A DNA stretch of 64,000 nucleotides, taken from NCBI GenBank assembly GCA_944327845.1, contig CALVHN010000004.1, forward strand, positions 22,836 through 86,835, read 5' to 3'. This document shows, in pieces, positions 10,758-18,821 of the stretch. This DNA comes from an uncultured Bacilli bacterium. GTDB lineage: Bacteria; Bacillota_I; Bacilli_A; RFN20; CAG-826. Every line of letters starts with the position of its first letter. Within the stretch, counting starts at the first letter, position 1. The notes under the pieces were generated by a model. That model did not search any database and was not told the DNA's origin. It was given only the letters and a program-made list of their open reading frames with translations. The position numbers and the translations under genes are program-made.

Positions 10758-13394
10758 ATGAAAAAGATTATTAAGATGTTAGGGTTAGCTTTACTTGGAT
10801 TAAGCGCAAGTAGTTTAGTGGTCGGTTGTGGACCAACTGAAAGTTATACAAATGATGATGTTAAATCAATTGCTATTAATGAAAAAACCTTTAATAACAA
10901 TTGGGATTTTACTTTGAATCAAACTGTCAATTATTCGTCTTTGCAAATTGATCTTTTAGATTCAAGCGATAAAGTTCTTGATACATTAAGTTATACTGAA
11001 AATAAAAATAGTATTACTTACACTGAAATTGATACATCTAAATTAGCAACTGGATTAGAATTTACTGTTACTTATACTGATAGCGATGGTAAGAAATTTA
11101 ATGCCACACATGAATATGATGTAGTTGAAACTAATTATATCCTTACAAACTGGGGTGCTTCTGTTGCATATTCTGAATATCAAGAATTAAAAAATGCTGC
11201 CTTAGATAAACAAGAAAATTTATTAACAAATGGGGAATTAGATTATTCAAAAATTAAAACTAATCATGAAGCTTTAGTTGGCGGATCAAATATTAAATCA
11301 GATGGCAAATTTTATGTTGCAAATCATAATGCAGTTAGATTAAGTCCACAAGTTTATGGCTTAAGTGCTGAAGATTTAACTAAGCCTGATGTTTCACCTG
11401 TTCCAATTAATGAATTACCTGAAGATATGACTTTAACTATTTCAAGTCAATCAGCAAAAGAAAATCTTGATGTTGAAGATTATTTTGATGAAGGTGGCCT
11501 TGAAAAAGCTTTAAATACAGGATTAGTTGATTTTAAAGATGATTTAACTGGTCTTGAAACTGATGTTACATTAACTTTCTCTTGTTCATTAGGTTCAAGT
11601 TTTCCTTCTATTTCATTAGATGTAACTATAGTTGATGGATGGAACATTACTGATGCAAAAGAATTAGTTTTATTTGATAATGCAAAATCAACATCTTATC
11701 ATGGATATTCAAGTGAATTATGCCAAAGCTATGTTGATTTAAAGAACGAAGTTTTAGGAACAACTAATGCTACATCAACTACTTCATTTGAAAACTTTGT
11801 TTTATTTAACAATGTTTCAATCGGAGCTGATGATTTACCAACAGGTTTAATTTGGTCAAAAGATGATGAAGAATCTACAAATTATTTAAATGGTTCTTTA
11901 AAAGATTGGCATTTTATTTATGAACATAATGTTGGTAAAGAATGGGATAATTTAGAATCGGATTCATTTAATTTTTATGGAAACTATAACCAATTAAGCT
12001 TAGGAGATGATTTCCCTTGGGTTTTAAGTGAAAGAAGTGATTATGGTGGACATCAAAATGACGAAGAAAAACCTACTAAAATTGATACTCATACAACTTT
12101 ATTTGGTAGCGACCAAGATGATTTCACTCAAAATCAAGATTATCAATATAATTTTGTTGATTTTTCTGCAATTGGAAATCAAGGTGTTGCTGAAAATCAA
12201 TTAGTCGATATTAACGGAACTCCAGAAAATGAAGATGATGATGTTGTTGGTGGTGGAGTTTTATTTGGAAAATTCAGAAGAGATTTAAATTATAATAACT
12301 GCAATATCAATAGTTTCTTTACAGTTAATGTCACTCAAGGTGAAACTAGTGTGAATAATATTAGTAATGAATATCAAATCGCAATTAATGTTAATGATTC
12401 TAAAATTAGTAACTGCTATAGTTCAATGTTTTTTAACTATGGTGAAAGTGACATTTATGTTAATAGATCGATTTTAACTGAAGCTGGTGGGCCTTTAGTT
12501 ATCAACCAAGCTATTCCATACAATGATCCAAATTCTGGATTCCAAGATGTTGACCCTTCTGATATTCAAGGAACAAACTTTTTTGCAGATGATACTTCTA
12601 TTTTATTAAATGTTGTTACTGGTCAAGGTGGATGGTTTGATATTTATGGTGCATCTTCTTCAATTGCTATGATTAGACAAATTTCTGATGGAGCTTTCAA
12701 AAAAGAAAAATATACTTTATTCACAGATAGAGGAGATGGTGAAACTGGTTTGAATTTAGTTGGTATTTCTATGTGCATTCACATGGAATCAGCTGGTGCT
12801 TTAAAACCTGGTATGCATTCTCGTATTGCAATTGGTGGAAGAGATTATATTAATTATGGTGAAGGTGGAGAAGATCAACAAAATATTCAAAAAGCTCTTC
12901 TTGCTTTAAGTGGTGGAGATATGACTCAACTTCCAACTTTAGTTAATTTATTAACAAATACTCCATACGGAAGCCAATTATTATTGAATTTTGCTTCTTC
13001 TTTAGGTGGACAATTTGCTGCAGCTGCCCAATTACCTTTATTTACAACTTATGATGCTAGTGGAAATAGAGTAATTAGTTCTTTACAAGTTACTGATCCA
13101 TCTAACTTAGAAAATTCATCATTAACTACTTTAGATTATTATTTAAATTTAGCTATGGGAAATCAAACTTCTCCTTCAATTCCTGATAATTTTGGAAATC
13201 TTAATGCAAATGGTAGTAATTATATTGGAGCTTATGTTCAATTAGCTGGTGCAGCAACAAATAACTTATCTACATATAATGTTTCTCCTCGAATTGACCA
13301 AACTCAACTTATTACTCGACTTGCTCAATATCTTAAAACTTATAAAGGATCAACTTCATATGGAGTTGTTATGGAGCTTTTCGACTTAGAGTAA
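10758..13394 (+). CDS. large surface lipoprotein (Ig-like N-terminus, probable beta-helix region)
   Basis: Signal peptide with lipobox LVVG-C; Asn/Asp/Ser-rich beta-strand repeats (NNCNINS, NDSKISNCYS, NRSILTEAGG). Confidence 0.75.
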   Translation: MKKIIKMLGLALLGLSASSLVVGCGPTESYTNDDVKSIAINEKTFNNNWDFTLNQTVNYSSLQIDLLDSSDKVLDTLSYTENKNSITYTEIDTSKLATGLEFTVTYTDSDGKKFNATHEYDVVETNYILTNWGASVAYSEYQELKNAALDKQENLLTNGELDYSKIKTNHEALVGGSNIKSDGKFYVANHNAVRLSPQVYGLSAEDLTKPDVSPVPINELPEDMTLTISSQSAKENLDVEDYFDEGGLEKALNTGLVDFKDDLTGLETDVTLTFSCSLGSSFPSISLDVTIVDGWNITDAKELVLFDNAKSTSYHGYSSELCQSYVDLKNEVLGTTNATSTTSFENFVLFNNVSIGADDLPTGLIWSKDDEESTNYLNGSLKDWHFIYEHNVGKEWDNLESDSFNFYGNYNQLSLGDDFPWVLSERSDYGGHQNDEEKPTKIDTHTTLFGSDQDDFTQNQDYQYNFVDFSAIGNQGVAENQLVDINGTPENEDDDVVGGGVLFGKFRRDLNYNNCNINSFFTVNVTQGETSVNNISNEYQIAINVNDSKISNCYSSMFFNYGESDIYVNRSILTEAGGPLVINQAIPYNDPNSGFQDVDPSDIQGTNFFADDTSILLNVVTGQGGWFDIYGASSSIAMIRQISDGAFKKEKYTLFTDRGDGETGLNLVGISMCIHMESAGALKPGMHSRIAIGGRDYINYGEGGEDQQNIQKALLALSGGDMTQLPTLVNLLTNTPYGSQLLLNFASSLGGQFAAAAQLPLFTTYDASGNRVISSLQVTDPSNLENSSLTTLDYYLNLAMGNQTSPSIPDNFGNLNANGSNYIGAYVQLAGAATNNLSTYNVSPRIDQTQLITRLAQYLKTYKGSTSYGVVMELFDLE

Positions 13395-13404
13395 TATTAT
13401 TTAA

Positions 13405-15816
13405 ATGAATTTTTTTAAACAATTATTAAATCTCCCTACATTAATTATTGCTATAGTAGCACTTGTTGCTACTATAGCATTTTATATTGCTTTTCCAAAT
13501 TTAATTGGTGTTTATTCAACAGTTTTTTTAATTTTATTAATATTATTTCTTTTCCTTTTATTTGTTCCAAATTTAATTAAGGATAATGAAGGTGAAAATA
13601 AAATCTCTAAATTTACTTTTATTAATAAAATTAAGGAATATTTTTCAAATAAAGAGAATAAAATTGCTTTAGTTAGACAAATTTTTGCTCTTATTTTATT
13701 TTTCATTTTCTTAACTCGCTTCTTTTTAAATCATGATTATTTAGAAAGTGTGGTTAGTATGGAAAGCGATATTTTATCTCCTGTTGAGATTGTTTTTTCT
13801 ACATTCTTAAATCAATGGTGGATTGGATCAATTATTCTTATTTTAATAAATGAATTTGTTAAAAGTGAGATATTTGAAACGCTTGTTAAATTTATTTCTA
13901 CTCCAATTTTAATCTTATCATTTTTCTTGTTATTTTTAATTATACCAGGGATTTGCGGGGATATTTCTTTAGAAACACTAGATCCTAGAGCATATTTAAT
14001 GGGAGCAGAACTTGGAATTTCTCTTGCTTTTGTTGCCTCTATCTGGTTTAAAAATCATTCATTTAAATTAACAAAGGAGTTAGGAATATCCTTAGGACTT
14101 GGTTATTTTCTTTTAATAATTGCTAATTTTAGTGGATATATTCCTAAAATATTTTTTGGTACAAGTATTGGTGAATTACCTCTTCCTTTAGATTTAAATT
14201 GGACACATCGTGTTTATATTTATATTTTGATTTTATTACCTACTTTATATTTTGTTTTACTTTATCGATATGATTATAAACATCGTCGATATTTTTTAAC
14301 TTATATTTCAATATGTGTTTTATTTTCTTATTTATGTTTAAGAAGATACGAAATTTTTGAAAGCCCAAGAAGCTTACAATTACATCTTTGTAATTTGGCT
14401 ATGTTTATCATTCCAATTACTTTAGTATTTAAAACAACAAAAGTTTTTTACTTTACAATGTTTATTAATGTAATTGGTGCAATTCTTGCTTTCTTAATGC
14501 CAAATTATAATGAAGGTTTAGGTATATTTGATGTATCGGTTATTGAATTCTTTATTAACCATTTATATGCTGCATTTATGCCAATATTGATTGTTTTACT
14601 TGGTGTTTATGAACGACCTAAGATGAAATATTTTATTTATTCAATGGTTGGATTTTTAATTTATTATTTATTTATCTTAGTTTGGAATACATATTTTGGT
14701 ACAGACTATTTCTTTATTAATTCTAACTTTGTTGCTGATAAGCTTGGTGATTGGGCAGAAGATATCTTTAATATTGAAGCCTCATTTGAAATATTTGGAA
14801 AAACATTAACTTTTCATCCGGTTTATCAAATTATCTTCTTTGTTGTTTATGTTATCTTTGCTTTCATCATGTGGTACGTTTATGAGTTATTATTTAAAAT
14901 AGTTGATAATTTAACTTTACTTGTTGAGAAAAATAAAATTGTAAAAAAGAAAAATAATGAATTTATTTTATATTTAAAATCTGTGCGAGGTAAAAGTATG
15001 AAAGAAATTAGAAAAGAAGATTTAAAAATTGATTATGATGAGCTTGAAGCTAATTTAAAAATTGAACATTTAAATAAGCGATATGGTAATGCTAAAAAAG
15101 CAGCGGTAGAAGATTTTTCCTTAACTCTTGAAGGTGGAAAAATATATGGTTTCTTAGGTAAAAATGGTGCTGGTAAATCAACAATTATTAAATCTATTGT
15201 TGGTATGCATACTTTTAATAGCGGTAAAATTACAGTTTGTGGTTTTGATATTAATCATCAACCTGTTGAAGCTAAAAGCCTAATTGGTTTTGTTCCAGAT
15301 CATTATGCTTTATATGAAAATTTAACTGGTAGACAATATATCAATTATATTGCTGATTTATATAATGTTTCAAAAAAAGATCGTGAAGAAAGATTAAAAG
15401 ATTTATTACCTCGTCTTGAACTTGAAGATAAGATTGATAAACAAATTAAAACTTATTCTCATGGTATGAAACAAAAAATTACAATTATTGGTGCTTTAAT
15501 TCATAATCCAAAGATTTGGATTTTAGATGAACCTATGACTGGTGTTGATCCTAATTCGATTTTTCAAATTAAAGAATGTATGAGAGAACATGCTAAAAAA
15601 GGTAATATTGTTTTCTTCTCATCTCACTTAATTGATGTTGTTTCTAACTTATGTGATGAAGTTATTATGATTAAACATGGTGATTTCATTTTAAGAACTT
15701 CTCTTGAAGAATTAAAACAAAATAATGTGGATTTAGAATGGTTATTCTTAGAAAAAACCAAGGATGATGAAGATATCAAAGACAATAATCTTGAAGTAAA
15801 AGGAGCTAATAATTAA
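13405..15816 (+). CDS. YwaF/TMEM164-like integral membrane domain fused to ABC transporter ATPase
   Basis: About 510 aa multi-TM region containing LQLHLCN (C329), FFINH (H386) and TDYFFI. C-terminal NBD with Walker A GKNGAGKST, signature YSHGMKQK, Walker B IWILDE and H-loop SSH. Confidence 0.85.
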   Translation: MNFFKQLLNLPTLIIAIVALVATIAFYIAFPNLIGVYSTVFLILLILFLFLLFVPNLIKDNEGENKISKFTFINKIKEYFSNKENKIALVRQIFALILFFIFLTRFFLNHDYLESVVSMESDILSPVEIVFSTFLNQWWIGSIILILINEFVKSEIFETLVKFISTPILILSFFLLFLIIPGICGDISLETLDPRAYLMGAELGISLAFVASIWFKNHSFKLTKELGISLGLGYFLLIIANFSGYIPKIFFGTSIGELPLPLDLNWTHRVYIYILILLPTLYFVLLYRYDYKHRRYFLTYISICVLFSYLCLRRYEIFESPRSLQLHLCNLAMFIIPITLVFKTTKVFYFTMFINVIGAILAFLMPNYNEGLGIFDVSVIEFFINHLYAAFMPILIVLLGVYERPKMKYFIYSMVGFLIYYLFILVWNTYFGTDYFFINSNFVADKLGDWAEDIFNIEASFEIFGKTLTFHPVYQIIFFVVYVIFAFIMWYVYELLFKIVDNLTLLVEKNKIVKKKNNEFILYLKSVRGKSMKEIRKEDLKIDYDELEANLKIEHLNKRYGNAKKAAVEDFSLTLEGGKIYGFLGKNGAGKSTIIKSIVGMHTFNSGKITVCGFDINHQPVEAKSLIGFVPDHYALYENLTGRQYINYIADLYNVSKKDREERLKDLLPRLELEDKIDKQIKTYSHGMKQKITIIGALIHNPKIWILDEPMTGVDPNSIFQIKECMREHAKKGNIVFFSSHLIDVVSNLCDEVIMIKHGDFILRTSLEELKQNNVDLEWLFLEKTKDDEDIKDNNLEVKGANN

Positions 15817-15820
15817 CTTT

Positions 15821-17530
15821 ATGGAAACTAAATCTATAAAGAAAAAAATGTTTGATAAAGATTATCTTAAAGAAAGATATGGCTTTAATTTTGCTCACTT
15901 TTTAACTCTGGTTAAAATGCTTTTGCAAGATAAATTAAAGATATCTTTTAAAGCTAATAAAAAACAATCAATTATTAAGATTATATCTTTTGTTGTTGGT
16001 TTTATTGTTTTAACAGCGGCTAGCTGGCTTTTATATTATATTGTTCAACTTTTACACTTATTTTCTGTTTTAAGTTATATTCCTTTAACTGTTCCTTCAC
16101 TTATTTCAACAGTTATATTTGTTTTAGCTTTTTTAGGAGCAATTTTTGGTTTAACTAGAACTTTATATTATAGTAATGATAATCGATTGATGATTACATA
16201 TCCTTGTAATGGTAATACAATCTTTTTAGCGAGGTTATTTGTTTATTTTGTAAATGAAGTTATCCGAAATTCAGTAATTCAAATTCCTTTGTTTTTAGGC
16301 TATATGATTGTTATGAATTTTCCTTTATATATGGTTATATGGCTAATAATTGGAATTGTTTTAGTTACTTTTGTTGAAGTATTACTCGCAAGTTTAATTT
16401 CTATTCCAGTATATTATGCCAATCGTTTTTTAGAAAAATTTTCATTAATAAAGTCATTTATAAGTTTATTTATTATTTTTATAATTGTTGGTGGAATATC
16501 TTATATTGTTTATCTTATTCCTGAAAGTATTGATATTTTTACTAATTGGGGACCATATTTTAGAAGAATTCAAGCTTTTTTAAATGGCTATGGAACTTAT
16601 TGTTCTCCATTTTATTTTCTTACTCAATTTTTAATTGGGAATTTAAATGGTTTTGTTGTTCAACCTTTTACTTTAACAACTTTATATGTTGGCTTAGTTT
16701 TAATTGGCTCTATTGCTTTATTGTTTGGTTTATGTTTATTAGTTGTTAATCCAATATATTTTAAACTTGCTAGTGAATCTTTTGAATTTGAAAGTGATAC
16801 TACCTTTATTTCAAAAAGAGTTAAGAAAAGAAGATATGTTAATTCTCAAATTCATAAAGAATTACTCCTTTTCTTAAAAGATCCAAATTATTCTACTTCA
16901 ATTATTGGTTCGTTTATTTTCTTACCTATTATTCTTACTTTAATGAATAAATTATATGGTGCAATGAATGTTAATCATTTTGGAGATTATATTGTTTCTT
17001 GTGTAAATGTTTTAGTAATTTTAATTATTGCTTTAAATTCTAATTCTGTTGTTGCTAAATCTTATTCTGATGAAGGAAATGCTTTTAAATATAATTTAGT
17101 TTATCCTAAAAATAGTTATTTCCTTTTGTTTTCAAAAAATATTATTCCATTTAGTATTGGTGCAGTTTCAATTTTAATTTCTTGTTGTTTATTTGGATTT
17201 TTAAAAGATTATGGTGCAGTTGAAGTAACTTTAATGTTTTTTGGAATAATTTTTATTTATTTAGCTCATATGTTATTTGCTTCTCAACTTGATTTTTGTT
17301 CGATTACATCGCAATTTTCTCGTTCTTCAGCCCAAACTAAAGCTCAAAGAGTTATTTCAATTACTGCGTTTGTTATTCCTATAATTTTAGTTTTACTTTT
17401 CTTCTTATATCTTAATGACAATATTTTAACGGCCTATATTAAATTATTAGTTCTTGGAATTATTATCTTTGCTATTTCCTTATGGATTTATATTTTAAGG
17501 GTAAAATTAGTTTATCAGGAGGGAAATTAA
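15821..17530 (+). CDS. ABC exporter-type permease (ABC-2-like, about 12-14 TM)
   Basis: Two multi-TM halves with YYSNDNRLMITYP...IFLARL and KELLLFLKD...SDEG..F motifs; directly after the ATPase gene. Confidence 0.8.
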   Translation: METKSIKKKMFDKDYLKERYGFNFAHFLTLVKMLLQDKLKISFKANKKQSIIKIISFVVGFIVLTAASWLLYYIVQLLHLFSVLSYIPLTVPSLISTVIFVLAFLGAIFGLTRTLYYSNDNRLMITYPCNGNTIFLARLFVYFVNEVIRNSVIQIPLFLGYMIVMNFPLYMVIWLIIGIVLVTFVEVLLASLISIPVYYANRFLEKFSLIKSFISLFIIFIIVGGISYIVYLIPESIDIFTNWGPYFRRIQAFLNGYGTYCSPFYFLTQFLIGNLNGFVVQPFTLTTLYVGLVLIGSIALLFGLCLLVVNPIYFKLASESFEFESDTTFISKRVKKRRYVNSQIHKELLLFLKDPNYSTSIIGSFIFLPIILTLMNKLYGAMNVNHFGDYIVSCVNVLVILIIALNSNSVVAKSYSDEGNAFKYNLVYPKNSYFLLFSKNIIPFSIGAVSILISCCLFGFLKDYGAVEVTLMFFGIIFIYLAHMLFASQLDFCSITSQFSRSSAQTKAQRVISITAFVIPIILVLLFFLYLNDNILTAYIKLLVLGIIIFAISLWIYILRVKLVYQEGN

Positions 17531-17532
17531 TT

Positions 17533-18018
17533 ATGAAGAAAAGTGTTATATTATTAATTTCTTGTATTTGTATAATTTCGATTGTTATTGTTGCTTTTTT
17601 TGGAGTTAGTGCACAAAACATTTCACCTATTATTTATATTACCTCTGTTGAAATTTTAGATATGGATGGAAATGAAATTCCTGAAAATGTGACCAATCCT
17701 GATGCAAAATCATTTAATATTACATTTAATCCTACTTTTGAAAATGAAGGTGTTCAATATATGGAATATGTTTTTTCAACAAAAATTCTTCCTGATAACG
17801 CAACGAATAATAGTATTTTATATTCATGTGATTCAACTGATGGAACTGTTGAATGTTTAAATGCTCAAGGCGGTGGATTTGTTTTTAGAGAAATTAATAA
17901 TCCTAGTGTTCCTTTTTATGTTACCAGAGTTAATTGTCGTTCTAATGATGGCGGAAGACAAGTTAATGACACTATATTGTTATTAGTTGATTATCGTGAA
18001 TATCTTGACATTATTTAA
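17533..18018 (+). CDS. small membrane-anchored Ig-like protein
   Basis: N-terminal TM helix, then IYITSVEI...ILPDNATNNSILY (Big_2-like). Start moved to ATG 17533 behind SD AGGAGG. Confidence 0.7.
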   Translation: MKKSVILLISCICIISIVIVAFFGVSAQNISPIIYITSVEILDMDGNEIPENVTNPDAKSFNITFNPTFENEGVQYMEYVFSTKILPDNATNNSILYSCDSTDGTVECLNAQGGGFVFREINNPSVPFYVTRVNCRSNDGGRQVNDTILLLVDYREYLDII

Positions 18019-18076
18019 TTAAAATTATTTAATTTGACTAATTTAAAATTTACTCGATAATAAATAAATTTTTAAT

Positions 18077-18094
18077 TTGGTAAAAAAATACTGA
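18077..18094. promoter_or_regulatory. operator-like 7-4-7 inverted repeat, copy 1 (candidate Rex box)
   Basis: TTGGTAA-AAAA-ATACTGA; near-identical copy at 18153-18170. Confidence 0.6.
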
Positions 18095-18140
18095 ATTGTT
18101 TAATAATTTTTATTTTTAATCTTGTTTTTTGATGTGGACT

Positions 18141-18170
18141 TGTTATAATTAATCGGTAAAAAATTACTGA
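18141..18170 (+). promoter_or_regulatory. extended -10 promoter of rex-adhE overlapped by operator copy 2
   Basis: TGTTATAAT (18141-18149), then TCGGTAA-AAAA-TTACTGA (18153-18170) over the expected transcription start. Confidence 0.65.
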
Positions 18171-18173
18171 ATT

Positions 18174-18821
18174 ATGTCAAAGAACCTTTCAAAGAATCAA
18201 TTAAGAAGATTACCTGAGTATCTAACTTTATTAAGAAACTTGAAGCAAAATGGCATCAAGTATATTTCTTGTCAAACAATTGCAGATTGTTTAAATCTTA
18301 ATAAAGAACTTGTTAGAAAAGATATTGCAGCTGTTTCTTCATATGATGGTGTTCCTAATAAAGGAAGGGACATTGTTTTATTGATCAAAGATTTTGAAAA
18401 AATTCTTGGATATGATTCTTCACACAACGCAGTATTAGTTGGAGTTGGAAGTTTAGGCAAAGCCCTTTTATGTTATGATGGCTTTTCTACTTATGGATTA
18501 AAAATTGTTGGAGCTTTTGATAGAAATCCTGAATTAATTGGAAGAACTATTAATGACATCCATATTTATGATTCAAGAAGAATGTTTGGAACTTTATCAA
18601 CTTTGAACGCTAATATTGGAATTATTTGTGTACCATCGGGCTTTGCTCAAGAAGTTGCAAATGATTTAGTTGATAGTGGAATTGAAGCAATTTGGAATTT
18701 TGCTCCAACAAAAATTGAGGTTAAAAAAGATGTAATTTTATCCAATATGGATATGGCAACATCTTTAGCTGTTTTATCTCATCAATTGTATTTAAAAAAG
18801 AACAAAAGGAAGGAGAATTAA
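18174..18821 (+). CDS. rex: redox-sensing transcriptional repressor Rex
   Basis: RRLPEY, winged-HTH VRKDI, Rossmann VGVGSLGKAL, AQEVA.DL...GIEAIWNFAP. Confidence 0.93.
   Translation: MSKNLSKNQLRRLPEYLTLLRNLKQNGIKYISCQTIADCLNLNKELVRKDIAAVSSYDGVPNKGRDIVLLIKDFEKILGYDSSHNAVLVGVGSLGKALLCYDGFSTYGLKIVGAFDRNPELIGRTINDIHIYDSRRMFGTLSTLNANIGIICVPSGFAQEVANDLVDSGIEAIWNFAPTKIEVKKDVILSNMDMATSLAVLSHQLYLKKNKRKEN

Noticed and set aside
18019-18173. Canonical Rex box TTGTGAA-W4-TTCACAA
   Set aside because: Not present; only the variant 7-4-7 repeats were found.
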